From contig NC_092676.1 of the NCBI RefSeq assembly GCF_964355755.1, positions 13,472,871 through 13,536,870 of the forward strand: DNA of 64,000 nt, in the 5' to 3' direction. Shown one piece after another: positions 1 to 13,491 of the stretch; position 1 is the stretch's first letter; each line of letters opens with the position of its first letter. The DNA is from Antedon mediterranea. Its lineage: Eukaryota > Animalia > Echinodermata. Both the position numbers and the translations under genes were made by a program. The notes beneath the pieces were generated by a model, which made no database searches, was not told the origin of the DNA, and saw nothing but the letters and a program-made list of their open reading frames with translations.

Positions 1-3000
1 CAAAAATTAAAAGCGCCGCAATGTTGACATTTTTTGGAAAATTTTCCTGCGGGGGACCACAGGATTTTTTTCGAAAAATTGCCAAAATTTCCAATTTTTA
101 AAATTCGAAAATTATGCTATAATATTGCCATTTATGCACATATATTGTTCTAACATCATCTTATAGAGCCATAGTTATAGTTATATCAAAAAATAAAAGG
201 GTCGAAATTTGGCCATTTTTCGAAAATTTTCCTGCGGGGGACGATAGAAATTTTTGGCAAAAATGGCCAAAATTTTAACTTTTTAAAATTCAATAATTAT
301 GCTATAATATTGCCATTTATGCACATATATTGTGCTAACATCATCTTATAGAGCCATAGTAACTAGTTATATCAAAAAATAAAAGCGTCCCAATTTTCCA
401 ATTTTTCGAAAATTTTCCTGCGGGGGCCCACAGGAATTTTTTTCGAAAAATGGCAAAAATTTCCACTTTTTAAAATTCGATAATTAGTCTATAATATTGC
501 CATTTATGCACATATATTGTGATAACATCATCTTTTAGAGCCATAGTTACTAGTTATATCAAAAAATAAAAGGGTCGAAATTTGGCCATTTTTCGAAAAC
601 TTTCCTGCGGGGGACCATAGGAATTTTTTTTCAAAAATGGCCAAAATTACAACAACAAAAATTTCCACTTTTTAAAATTCAATAATTATGCTATAATATT
701 GCAATTTATGCACATATATTGTGTTAACATCATCTTATGGAGCCATAAAAACTAGTTATGTCAAAAAAGAAAAGGTTTATAATTTGAACATTTTTCGAAA
801 ATTTCAATGCGGGAGACCGAAGAAATTTTTCCATAAAATGTCAAAAATTTCCACTTTTTAAACTTCAATAATCATGCTCTAATATTGCCATTTATGCACA
901 TAATTATATTGTGTTAACATCATCTTATAGAGCCATAGTATTCTAGTTGTGTAAAAAAATAAAAGGCACTCAATTTTGCCATTTTTCGAAAATTTAAATT
1001 GCGGGGCTCCGATGGAATTTTTTGGAAAATTGTCCAAAATATAGACCCTTTTATTGTGTTAACATCATCTTATGGAGCCATAAAAACTAGTTATGTCAAA
1101 AAATAAAAGGGTCATAATTTGAACATTTTTCGAAAATTTCACTGCAAGGGACCGAAGGAATTTTTTCAAAAAATGTCAAAAATTTCCACTTTTTAAACTT
1201 GAATAATCATGCTATGATATTGCCATTTATGAACATATATTGCAGCAACAGTATCTTATAGAGCCATAATAACTAGTTATGTCAAAAATTAAAAGGGTCG
1301 AAATTTTGAAATTTTTCGAAAATTTCACTGCGGAAAATGTCAACAATTTTCACTTTTTAAACTTCAATAATTATGCTATAATATTGTCATTTATGCACAT
1401 ATATTGTTGTAACGTGTTAATATCATCTTATAGAGCCAGAGTAACTAGTTATGTTAAAAAATAAATGGGTCGACATTTTTTCTATTTTTCGAACATTTCA
1501 CGGCAGGAGACCCAAGGAATTGTTCAAAAAATGTTAAAAATTTCCACTTTTTAAACTTCAATAATTATGTTATAATATTCCCATTTATGCACATATATTG
1601 TTGTAACATCATCTTATAGTGCCATAGTAACTAGTTGTGTAAAAAAATAATAAGGTCAAAATTTTGCCATTTTTCGAAAATGTCACTGCGGGGGACCAAA
1701 GGATTTTTTTAGAAAAATGGCAAAAATGTCCACTTTTTAAAATTCAATAATTATGCTATAAAATTTCAATTTATGCACATATATTTTGTTAACATGGAGC
1801 CATAAAAACTAGTTATGTCAAAAAATTAGAAGGGTCATAATTTGAACATTTTTCGATAATTTCACTGTGGGGGACCGAAGAAATTTTTCCATAAAATGTC
1901 AAAAATTTCCACTTTTTAAACTTCAATAATCATGCTATAATATTGCCATTTATGCACATATATTGTTGTAACATCATCTTATAGAGCCATAGTAACTAGT
2001 TGTGTAAAAAAATAAAAAGGTCTAAATTTTGCCATTTTTCGAAAATTTCACGACGGGGGAATAAATGAATTTTTTTCGATATATGGCAAAAATGTCCACT
2101 TTTTAAAATTCGAAAACTATGCTATAATATTGTCATTTATGCTCATTTATTCTGATAACATAATCTTATAGAGCCATAATAACTAGTTATGTCAAAAAAT
2201 AAAGGGGTCGAAATTTGGCAATTTTTCGAAATTTCACTGCGGGGGGACTGAAGGAATTTTTTCGAAAAATTTCCACAATTTCTACCTTTTAAAATTCGAT
2301 AATTATGCTATAATATTGCCATTTATGCACATATATTGTGCTAACATCATCTTATAGAGCCGTAGTACCTAGTTATGTCAACAAATAAAAGGGTCGAAAT
2401 TTGACCATTTTTTTGAAAATTTCACTGGAATTTAAAAAATAGCGCCAAAATTTCACAGGAATTTTTTCGAAAAATGTCAAAAATGTCCACTTTTTAAACT
2501 TCAATAATCATGCTATAATATTGCCATTTATGCACATATATTGTTGTAACATCATCTTATAGAGCCATAGTAACTAGTTGTGTAAAAAAATAAAAAGGTC
2601 TAATTTTTGCCATTTTTCGAAAATTTCACGACGGGGGAATAAATGAATTTTTTTCGATATATGGCAAAAATGTCCACTTTTTAAAATTCGAAAACTATGC
2701 TATAATATTGTCATTTATGCTCATTTATTCTGATAACATAATCTTATAGAGCCATAATAACTAGTTATGTCAAAAAATAAAGGGGTCGAAATTTGGCAAT
2801 TTTTCGAAATTTCACTGCGGGGGGACTGAAGGAATTTTTTTGAAAAATGTCCAAAATTTCCTCTTTTTAAAATTTGATAATTATGCTATAATATTGCCAT
2901 TTATGCACATATATTGTTGTAACATCATCTTATAGAGCCATAGTAACTAGTTGTGTAAAAAAATAAAAAGGTCTAAATTTTGCCATTTTTCGAAAATTTC

Positions 3001-3277
3001 ACTGCGAGGGACCAAAGTATTTTTTTAGAAAAATGGCAAAAATGTCCACTTCTTTAAAATTCAATAATTATGCTATAATATTGCAATTTATGCACATATA
3101 TTGTGTTAACATCATCTTATGGAGCCATAAAAACTAGTTATGTCAAAAAATAAAAGGGTCATAATTTGAACATTTTTCGAAAATTTCACTGCAGGGGACC
3201 GAAGACATTTTTCCATAAAATGTTAAAAATTCCCACTTTTTAAACTTCAATAATCATGCTATAATATTGCCATTTAT
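1..3277 (+). repeat. SatA tandem array, ~185-bp monomer, forward orientation
   Basis: Motif TGCTATAATATTGCCATTTATGCACATAT recurs every ~185 bp, with AACTAGTT and TTTTCGAAAA palindromes in each monomer. Confidence 0.95.
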
Positions 3278-3835
3278 TTTATGCGGCCTGATGAACACCC
3301 ATCAGTAGGTCTTACACTAACAGGCGATGACGGCGAAAATCTGAATAGGCCTAGCTAGGCCTAGGCATGCCTGGTTTTTCGCTGTTGATATCGTAAACAC
3401 CTCCGAAACCAGTTAAAATAAGCTTGACGTTATAATGCTGCTTTTCAATAGTGCAAAATAGTTAATTCGAGTGACTAAATAGGTTAAAACGGCGTCTGAA
3501 TTCAGTCAAATTGACTATGATGTGCACGCAGCTATTATGTCGCACATACTTCCTGGTATGACGTCATTGTGCCTTAGACCATAATACCGCGTTGCTACGG
3601 AGTGAGTTTTCAGCGCGTATCAAAAAAAATTTCATTGCAAACTTCAAACGCAATTTTCTCGTAAACTAATTGAATGATTTGTAAGTTTTTAAAATGTAAT
3701 AACTTTTTAAATATGTACTCAATTTTTATGAAATAAACAACACTACAAAGGTTATGATTCAAATAATCCAAATATATAAAAAAATACAAAATGAATATTT
3801 CCGACAAAAGTAGGGTTTTGCCAGATCGGGTCACA
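3278..3835. mobile_element. Non-satellite spacer at the SatA inversion point, probably a transposon end fragment
   Basis: Unique ~560-bp sequence ending ...GCCAGATCGGGTCACA|TAT at the right junction; no partner terminus seen in the window. Confidence 0.45.
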
Positions 3836-5958
3836 TATTATAGCATAGTTATCGAATTTTAAAAAGTGGAGATTTTTGCCATTTTTCGAAAAAAATTCCT
3901 TTGGTCCCCCGCAGTGAAATTTTCGAAAAATGGTCAAATTCTGACCCTTTTATTTTTTGACATAACTAATTTTTATGGCTCCATAAGATGATGTTAAAAA
4001 ATAAAAGGGTCTAAATTTTGGACATTTTTCGAAAAAATTCCTTCGGTCCCCCCGCAGTGAAATTTTCGAAAAATTGCTAAATTTCGACCTTTTTATTTTT
4101 TGACATAACTAGTTATTATGGCGCTAAAAGATGATGTTATCAAAATAAATGTGCATAAATGACAATATTATAGCATAATTATCGAATTTTAAAAAGGGGA
4201 CAATTTTGTCATTTTTCGAAAAAATTCCTTCGGAGCCCCGCAATTAAATTTTCGAAAAATGGCAAAATTTAGTCCCTTTTATTTTTCTACACAACTAGTT
4301 ACTATGGCTCTATAAGATGATGTTGCCGCAATATATGTGCATAAATGGCAATATAATAGCATGATTATTAAAGTTTAAAAAGTGGACATTTTTGACATTT
4401 TTTGAAAAATTACTTCGGTCCCCTTTGAACAGTGTAATTTTTTTTTTAAATGGTCAAATTTCGATCCTTTTATTTTTTGACATAACTAGTTACTATGGCT
4501 CTATAAGTTGCTGTTACCACAATATATGTGCATAAATGGCAATAGCATAATTATCGAATTTTTAAAAGTGGAAATTTTTGCCATTTTTCGAAAAAATTCC
4601 TTCGGTCCCCCGCAGTGCAATTTTCGAAAAATGGCCGAATTCCGACGCTTTTATTTTTTTACATAACTAATTTTTATGGCTTCATAAGATGATGTTAACA
4701 CTATATAATGTGCATCAAAATTATCGAATTTTAAAAAGTGGACATTTTTGACATTTTTCGAAAAAATTCATTTGGTCCCCCACAGACAAATTTTTTAAAA
4801 ATGGCAAAGTTTAGACCATTTTATTTTTTGACATAACTAGTTACTATGGCTCTATAAGATGATGTTACCACAATTTATGTGCATAAATGGCAATATTATA
4901 GCATAATTATTGAAGTTTAAAATTTGGAAATATTTCACATTTTTGGAAAAAATTCCTTCGGTCCCCCGAAGTGAACTTTTCGAAAAATTGCCAAATTCTG
5001 ACCCTTTTATTTTGACATAACTAGTTTTTATAGCTCCATAAGATGATGTTAAAAAATAAAAAGGTCTAAATTTTGGACATTTTTCAAAAAAAAAATTCTT
5101 CAGTCCCCGCGCATTAAGATTTTCGAAAAATTGCCAAATTTCGACCTTTTTATTTTTTGACATAACTAGTTATTATGGCTCTACAAGATGATGTTATCAA
5201 AATGAATGTGCATAAATGACAATATTATAGCATAATTATCGAATTTTAAAAAGTAGACAAATTTGCCATTCACAACTAGTTACTATAACTCTATAAGATG
5301 ATGTTACCACAATATATGTGCATAAATGGCAATATTATAGCATGATTATTGAAGTTTAAAAAGTGGAAATTTTTGACATTTTTAAAAAAAATGTCTTCGG
5401 TCCGCCGCAGTGAAATTTTTAAAAAATGGTCAAATTATGACCCTTTTATTTTTTGACATAACTAGTTTTTATGGCTCCATAAGATGATGTTAACAAAATA
5501 AATGTCCATAAATGACAATATTATAGCATAATTATCGAATTTTAAAATGTGAACATTTTTGCCATTTTTCGAAAAAAATTCCTTTGGTCCCCCGCAGTGA
5601 AATTTTTGAAAAATGGTCAAATTATGACCCTTTTATTTTTTTACACAACTAGTTATTATGGCTCTACAAGATGATGTTACCAATATATGTGCATAAATGG
5701 CAATATTATAGCATAATTTAAATTGAATTTTAAAAAGTGGAAATTTTTGCCATTTTTCGAAAAAATTCCTTTGGTCCCCCGCAGTGAAATTTTCGAAAAA
5801 TTGCCAAATTCCGACGCTTTTATTTTTTGACATAACTAGTTATTATGGTGCTTTAAGATGATGTTATCAAAATAAATGTGCATAAATGACAATATTATAG
5901 CGTAATTATCGAATTTTAAAAAGGGGACAATTTTGTCATTTTTCGAAAAAATTCCTTC

Positions 5959-6091
5959 TGTGATGGGTTTGTCACACGGAAGTGAGCCCTCTACAGTAAA
6001 AGAGAGGAGATGAATAAAGATGGACGACAACTACAACGTGTTTTGTTATGTTCTTATTGTTGGTTTCAGCCTAACGAGCGAGCCTGTAACA
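5959..6091 (+). repeat. 5' LTR (133 bp)
   Basis: TGTGATG...GTAACA with AATAAA; 3 substitutions versus 10714-10846 by eye. Confidence 0.95.
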
Positions 6092-6094
6092 AAT

Positions 6095-6110
6095 TGGGGG
6101 GTCATCTTGG
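6095..6110 (+). promoter_or_regulatory. Degenerate primer-binding site, tRNA-Pro-like
   Basis: TGGGGGGTCATCTTGG just after the LTR, versus canonical Pro PBS TGGGGGCTCGTCCGGG (4 mismatches). Confidence 0.6.
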
Positions 6111-6145
6111 AACAAAGTACGGAATTGTAGTTGTAGATCGAACTG

Positions 6146-7396
6146 ATGGTAATTTTAGTTACTTATTCTAAGCTGGTTTTAGGTTTAGAGGCGTTTTATA
6201 ACGAACGAGGTTTGGCGGTCGTCGAGCCAGTACACTGTGTTGTTGTTTTAGGCTTGTGTAGGCTTGCATGTGATACTAGAAGTCGTTTTGGCTTTGATTT
6301 TAGGGGTCTAGTTATTGAGACCACGGCGCACGGTAGGTTTAATACTGTGTGGGCTTGGCAGGTATGTCATTACTGGGGCCTTAATTATCGTCATATTGGT
6401 TATTATTTTAACCTGTCTTTTTGTTTGTTTTTTCGAATAGAAACTATAACAGAAAGTGATTTTGACGAGGAATTTTTGGATAGCATGTCCATTGAGGTGG
6501 TAGCTCAGCTATCAGAGGAGCGTTTGCGACTCTTAGGTACTAGGGTTGGAGCATCTATAAATGATTCCATGAATAAATATGACTTGATAAATGTGATTGG
6601 AAGTCATGTTGGTTTAATTACTCATGAATCCGTAAAAACTGCGGGGAATGAGGTCGAGTTGGCTAGAATCGAGTTGGAACGTGAAAAATTAATTTTTGAA
6701 AGAAGAAAAATAGAGATTCTAGAGATGCAAACTCAAAGAGAAATGGAAAAAGAAAAACATGAATTTGAGTTAAGGAAATTAGAATTAGCTAACCAAATGG
6801 GTCACACACGGGTTTCTACACCTAATGATTCAGAGATTACTCAGAATATTAAATGGGTTCACAAGTTTAATGAGGACGAGGTAGAGACATATTTTTTAGC
6901 TTTTGAGAAAATTGCTAATAGATTAAAGTGGCCTGCTAGACACTGGACTGTGTTGTTACAAACTGCTCTTGTGGGTAAAGCCCAAGAGGTATTTTCTGCA
7001 TTGGCTGATGATGAATGTGAAAGCTATGATGCGGTTAAAACTGCTGTTTTGTCAGCTTATGAGTTAGTTCCAGAGGCGTATCGTCAAAAATTTAGGAACT
7101 TAGGTAAACCTTATGATCAAACTTTTACGGAATTTGCACGTAAGAAGCAGATATTTTTTGATAGATGGTGTAGTTCGGAAGGAGTAAAGGGTAAATTTGG
7201 AAAGCTTCGTGAGCTTATGTCAGTTGAGGAGTTTAAATCTTGTTCCCCTACTGAAGTTCGTACACATCTAGAGGAGCAGAAAGTTGATACTTTAATGAAA
7301 GCGGCTTCTGTTGCCGATAATTATGTGCTCACGCACAAGATGATGAATACCAAATCGGTTTCCAAATCTGTTGATGATTCTAAGGTCCAAAGTTAG
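6146..7396 (+). pseudogene. gag: Gag (coiled coil plus capsid/SCAN-like region); true start probably downstream of 6146; frameshifted before the zinc knuckle
   Basis: KFNEDEVETYFLAFEKIA...WP...YELVPEAYRQKFR is typical of Gmr1-like Gag. Confidence 0.85.
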
Positions 7397-8435
7397 AAAA
7401 CTAAAGTTAATAGTAGTAGTAAATAGTAGTAGAACTTGTTTTTACTGCAAGAAAAAGGGTCATATAAAGGCAGATTGCTGGTTGTTTCAAAGCAAAGCTA
7501 AATGGGATAATAAGAAACCCCAATCACTTCCAAACACGTTGGTTAATACAGTCCCGTTGAAATTGACAGAGAGTCATGACGTTGATGAAAGTGAGAAGTT
7601 GATCCAATCTTCAGGTCCGGAAAAAGTGCGAAAGCTATTTAAGCCTTTCCTCTCTAATGGTTCTGTAGCATTGATCAACGATGTGAATCTGAGTAAAGTT
7701 CGTGTCTTAAGAGGCACAGGGGCGTCACAATCCCTGATAATAGAATCGGCATTGTCATTTTCAAACGAGTCTTCTGCTGGAGCAAGTGTGCTCATTCAAG
7801 GTGTTGAAGGAGGTTATAAGGAAGTCTCACTTCATGTAATTCGGATTGAAACAGATATTGTTAGCGGAGATTTTATTGTCGGTGTCGTTCCGAGTCTTCC
7901 AGTATGGGGTGTCACACTCCTTTTGGGGAATGATTTGGCTGGAGACAGAGTGACAGTAGAACCGGTTGTGTGCAAGAGTCCTGTTGAAGACGAAAGCACG
8001 GTGTGTTTAGAGAAAGAATTATCACATGTGTTTCCATCATGTGCGGTGACGCGATCTATGGCAAATAAAACCATAGATGAGGATGAGAGTATTGACTTAT
8101 GTGATAGTTTTTACGGAGACATTACGGATATCGTTTCCCAAGAGGCTGTCTGCTCAGGTCCTGAGTCACACACTGCCCAGGCTGAACAACAGCACCCAAA
8201 AGTGTGTGATTTCGGTCCGACAGTTCTCAATCGGTCTAGGTTAGTGGAAGAGCAGAGTAATGATCCTGATTTGGTGTCATTTGGTCAGAAAGCTCTTTCT
8301 GTAGAGGAAATGTCTATTGTTCCTGTTTCTTATTATATAAAGGATGGCATACTTATGCGTAAGTGGAGGCCACCAGACATTCCAAGTAGTGATGTTTGGA
8401 ATGAGATTCACCAGATAGTTATTCCTAGTGGATAA
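7371..8435 (+). pseudogene. CCHC zinc knuckle, aspartic protease (catalytic D mutated) and linker
   Basis: CFYCKKKGHIKADC; LRGTGASQSLI (DTG changed to GTG); LLLGNDLAG; ends at a premature TAA. Confidence 0.85.
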
Positions 8436-9460
8436 CGTCAGGATATTATTGGTATTGCGCATGATGATCCTCTTTCAGACAAAATTCTCAGGCATTTCTT
8501 TTGGCCAGGTCTTAGAAAAGATGTGTCTAACTATTGTAAATCCTGTCATGCGTGTCAGGTAGGGGGGAAGCCTAATCGAAAGGTTCCAGTAGCCCCACCT
8601 AAGCCTATTCCTGCAGTCGGTAAACCATTTTCAAGGGTTATTGTTGATTGTGTGGGACCATTACCACGTACTAAAAATGGAAATGAGTATCTATTAACAA
8701 TAATGTGTGCATCAAGTAGGTTTCCAGAAGCGATTCCTCTTAGGCGTATTACAGCTAAGAATGTTGTTAAAGCATTGGTAAAATTCTTTACATGGGTAGG
8801 ATTGACTAAAGCTGTTCAGTCCGATCAAGGATCAAACTTCATGTCAAATATATTTAAACAAGTCTTAGAGCAGTTATGTGTTACCCATATACGTTCAAGT
8901 GCTTACCATCCACAGTCTCAAGGGGCACTTGAGAGATTTCATCAAACACATAAGAATATGATTAAAACCTATTGTTTTCAATGTGAAAAGGAATGGGATG
9001 AGGGAGTTCCCTTATTGTTATTTGCTGTTCGTGAAACAGTGCAAGAGTCCTTAGGGTTTAGCCCATTTGAGTTGGTGTATGGTCATTCGGTCCGAGGCCC
9101 TCTTAAAATAGTCAAAGAAAGGCTGTTAGGGAATGCAGAAGAGTCTGTATCGATACTAGAGTATGTGTCTGAATTTCGTGATTGATTAAATCATGCTCGT
9201 GAGATGGCTAGAAAGAATCTTGTGAAGGCTCAGGGTAAAATGAAGAGATTGTTTGATAGGAAATCAGAAAAGAGAAGCTTTAGTTCAGGTGATGAAGTGT
9301 TAGTTATGTTGCCTCTTCCCAGTCAACCATTATCTGCAAGATTTGCTGGTCCTTACAAAGTATTAGAAAGAGTAGAAGAAGTTTACTATGTGTTAGATAC
9401 TCCAGATAGGCGTAAGAAGAAGCGACTGTGTCATATAAACATGTTGAAACCATACACAGC
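8436..9460 (+). pseudogene. Retrotransposon integrase (HHCC remnant, DDE core, GPY/F)
   Basis: CKSCHAC; VIVDCVGP, QSDQGSNF, ALERFHQT; FAGPYKV; in-frame TGA at 9183-9185. Confidence 0.9.
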
Positions 9461-9649
9461 GAGAAATAATAGTAATACCTGTACGTCAACACCAGTTTCG
9501 TGTGTTGTTGAAGAGAATTCTGAAGAGTTTGGGGATCCTGATACATGTGTTAAGTTCAGTAATTCAGATGTCCTTGCAAACATTGAAGAGAAAGTTGGTC
9601 ATTTATCTCGTGATCGTAAGGTTGAAATTGTTAGTTTGATATTTGGAAA

Positions 9650-10450
9650 TCTGCAGTTGTTTTCGGATGTTCCAGGTCGAACGAACTTAGTGGAGCATGA
9701 CGTTAAGACAGCTGATTGTTCACCAATAAAACAAAATCTATATAGAGCAAATCCGTTCAAGATGAAGATATTACAAAATGAGATTGATTACATGATTAAG
9801 AATGATATAATCGAGCCTAGTTGCAGTGCTTGGAGTTCTCCATGTATATTAGTTCCTAAGCCAGATAAATCTTATCGTTTTTGTACTGATTATCGGAAGG
9901 TTAATGCTAAATCTACTACAGATTCATATCCCATACCGAGGATAGACGACTGTATTGATCGTGTGGGTAGGGCTAAGTTTGTCAGTAAATTTGATTCTAA
10001 AGGGTTACTGGCAAATTTCTTTAACAGAGCGTGCGAAAGAAGTGTCATCTTTTGTAACTCCTATGGGTCTTTATGTCATGCCTTTCGGTTTAAAAAACGC
10101 ACCATGCCAGTGATGTTGGTTCTGGTGCGCAAACAGACGAGAATGGTGTTGACAAGCCTGTGTGTTTCTACTCGAGAAAATTCAACCAGCATGAGAAGCG
10201 TTATTCTACTGTTGAGAAGGAGACATTAGCTTTGATGTCAGCGTTAAAGCACTTTGAAGTGTATCTTGGATCTACTCCGTTTCCAATTGTAGTTTGGACT
10301 GACCACAACCCATTAACGTTCTTGGCAAGAATGAAGGACAAGAATCAACGCCTGTTGAGATGGAGCTTAGCAGTTCAAGAAATGAATCTGGAAATTCATC
10401 ATATCAGAGGAAAAGACAATGTTGTAGCTCACGCTTTGTCAAGAGTTTAG
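9650..10450 (+). pseudogene. Reverse transcriptase N-terminal part fused by deletion to RNase H
   Basis: SAWSSPCILVPKPDKSYRFCTDYRKVN...PFGLKNAP joins directly to ASDVG; RNase H YSTVEKE and TDHNPL; no YxDD. Confidence 0.9.
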
Positions 10451-10713
10451 ATAAAACATGCATGAAATGATTTTAAAAGTTGTGTTGATTTTGAAAGTGT
10501 TTATTTAATTATAATATGTTAGTTGTGATAGAGTGATGCATTAATGGCATACACGGATTTAAAGTAATTAGAACTTGTGAAATTTTAAAGAAGCAGTTGA
10601 AGTAAATTCGTATCAACGACCTGTTAAAATAACTACTGTAAAAGAAAAGATTTAAGATGTTATGGTAAACAGTTATAAGTTTAATCATATCAAACTTTCT
10701 TTAAGTGGGGGTG

Positions 10714-10846
10714 TGTGATGAGTTTGTCACACGGAAGTGAGCCCTCTAGAGTAAAAGAGAGGAGATGAATAAAGATGGACGACAACTACAACGTGTTTTG
10801 TTATGTTCTTATTGTTGGTTTCAGCCTAACGAGCGAGCCCGTAACA
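10714..10846 (+). repeat. 3' LTR (133 bp) preceded by polypurine tract AAGTGGGGGTG
   Basis: Direct repeat of 5959-6091. Confidence 0.95.
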
Positions 10847-12117
10847 CTTCGGAGCCCCGCAGTTAAATTTTCGAAAAATGGCAAAATTTAGTCCCTTTTA
10901 TTTTTCTACACAACTAGTTACTATGGCTCTATAAGATGATGTTGCCGCAATATATGTGCATAAATAGCAATATCATAGCATGATTATTAAAGTTTAAAAA
11001 GTGGAAATTTTTGAAATTTTTTGAAAGAATTCCTTAGGTCCCCTGCAGTGAAATTTTCTAAAAATGGTCAAATTCTGACCCTTTTATTTTTTGACATAAC
11101 TAGTTTTTATGGCTCCATAAGATGATGTTAACACAATAAAAGGGTCTATATTTTGGACATTTTTCAAAAAAATTCCTTCGGTCCTCCCGCAGTAAAATTT
11201 TCAAAAAATTTCAACTTTTCGACCTTTTTATTTTTTGACATAACTACTTATTATGGCTCTATAAGATGATGTTATCAAAATAAATGTGCATAAATGACAA
11301 TATTATAGCATAATTATCGAATTTTAAAAAGTGGATAATTTTGCCATTTTTCGAAAAAATCCTTTGGACTCCCGCAGTGAAATTTTCGAAAAATGGCAAA
11401 ATTTAGACCCTTTTATTTTTTTACACAACTAGTTACTATGGCTCTATAAGATGATGTTACAACAATATATATGCATAAATGGCAATATTAGAACATAATA
11501 ATTGAAGTTTAAAAGTGGACATTTTTTACATTTTTTGAAAACAATCCTTCGGTCCCCCGCAGTGAAATTTTCGAAAAATTGTCAAATTCTGACCCTTTTA
11601 TTTTTTGACATAACTAGTTTTTATGGCTCCATAAGATGATGTTAACACAATATATGTGCATAAATTGCAATATTATAGCATAATTATTGAATTTTATAAA
11701 GTGGACATTTTTGCAATATTTCTACAAAATTTCTTTGTTCCCCCGCCGTGAAATTTTCGTAAAATGGCCAAATTTCGACCCTTTTATTTTTTGACATAAC
11801 TAGTTACTGTGGCTCTATAAGATGATGTTAACACTATATATGTGCATAAATGACAATATTATAGCATAATTATCGAATTTTAAAAAGTGGATATTTTTGA
11901 CATTTTTCGAAAAAAATTCCTTTGGACCCCCACAGTAAAATTTTCGAAAAATGGCAAAATTTAGACCCTTTTATTTTTTCACACAACTAGTTACTATGGC
12001 TCTTTAAGATGATGTTACCACATTATATGTGCATAAATGGCAATATTATAGCATGATTATTGAAGTTTAAAAATTGGAATTTTTTGACATTTTTTGAAAA
12101 AAATTCATTGGTCCCTC

Positions 12118-13254
12118 CGGCCGTTCCAAGGCAAACCACGTAACTCGCATTTTTGTCAATTTTGAGATTTTTACATTTGGGGAATTATTACAAATTTATG
12201 AACAACCTGTAAAAATGTCAGGTTTCAGAGATCATTATTTTTGGAGATAGTACCACGTATCTTTAAGCAAAAAACAAATAATTCTGGTATTTTCCAAGGC
12301 AAAACAACGTATCTACCAGATACGTTGTTCTGCCACGGAAATGCATACGATTTTTGCATCAAATTCTCACAATCTGCTAAGTTACGTAATTTTGAGACAG
12401 AAACCGCTGATGCATGACGATATGCATAGCAACGATCTTAACTAAAAGTAAAAGGTATATTAAACAATACTAGCCTTATTACGCTAGACAACTAATTTAA
12501 TGTATTATAATTTATTCTAAGAATAAACTATATTTACGAAAATGTTCAGACAAGCTTGAAACTAGGCTAGGCCTAGGCTATTATCCCGGCTATTATTTTT
12601 GACAGACCTACCTAATCTAGCCTAGTACCCCAGTACCTTCGTTGAAACTAGGCTAGGCCTAGCCTAGTAGGACGGCCGTCTTTGCATTTTTGTACGTAGG
12701 CCTTGTAGTAGCAGGCTAGTAGGTAGGCTATAATAAGTCTATATCATAAATATGCCTAGTAGATGCAAATGGCTAAGCCTAGCTTCAAATGCATTATTTG
12801 TTAAGCCAACCTAGTTTCTAGCCATTGGTGATCGCAGCCCTCCATGTTGTTCAAAAAGAGTTTCAATCCATTGTTTTTAAAATCATCACAGTTACGTTGT
12901 TTTGCCATGAAATGACTACAGTTACGTTGTTTTGCCACAGAATATCGCAGTTACGTTGTTTTGCCTCAGAAATGACTTTCATTCTATGCACGTCATTTCC
13001 AAGGAGTGGAGCTGTGGCTTGGTGGTTATGATGCTTGGCTACCAATGTAAGGGTCATGGGTTCAAGTCATGTCATATGTCAGGGTTTTTTTCTCATGACA
13101 ATTTACAACTCCACTCCACTCCACTCCACAAAGACTTAATAATAAGTCTTTGTTTATGTAGAGCATCTTGTGTATATGTTTGTCTTGTGAAATTATTAAA
13201 TAGTTTATCCATCCTGTAATTGGCGGGTTACTCGCTGTTGGATGAGTATGAAAT

Positions 13255-13286
<32 letters not shown>

Positions 13287-13491
13287 ACAACAACTGTTAA
13301 GTGGTAATAACTTTTGATCAAATTGTTTAAATTATTTAACATTTTGTATTTAATAATAATTATTATTTATATATACTCATGCAAAATTTCACATCATTAC
13401 GATAATTTGTTGTTGAAATGCAAACACTCAAACTTCAATTCAATTTTTCTCGAAAAGCAACATTTTGTAGTTACGTTGTTTTGCCTTGGAA
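12118..13491. mobile_element. Non-autonomous TIR DNA transposon, copy 1 (tip of right TIR deleted)
   Basis: Left TIR CGGCCGTTCCAAGGCAAA; right end ...TTTGCCTTGGAA lacks the final CGGCCG; near-identical to 18860-20268. Confidence 0.85.
13008..13092 (+). pseudogene. Degenerate tRNA-like/Pol III cassette inside the TIR element (second copy ~19750-19833)
   Basis: A-box-like TGGCTTGGTGG and B-box GGTTCAAGTC at tRNA spacing, followed by a T-run; stems pair poorly. Confidence 0.55.

Larger units (their letters stand above)
5959..10846 (+). mobile_element. Gmr1-type Gypsy/Ty3 LTR retrotransposon (gag-PR-IN-RT-RH order), defective
   Basis: Two 133-bp TG...CA LTRs, 4-bp TSD CTTC (5955-5958 and 10847-10850), PBS and PPT present; integrase ORF lies upstream of RT. 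Confidence 0.95.

Noticed and set aside
3284-3345. Possible hammerhead (CTGATGA ... CGAAA)
   Set aside because: CTGATG pairs with the nearby CATCAG, and I could not build stems I-III.
1279-5833. Short ORFs in SatA (MSKNK... type)
   Set aside because: Chance translations of the satellite monomer with no domain.
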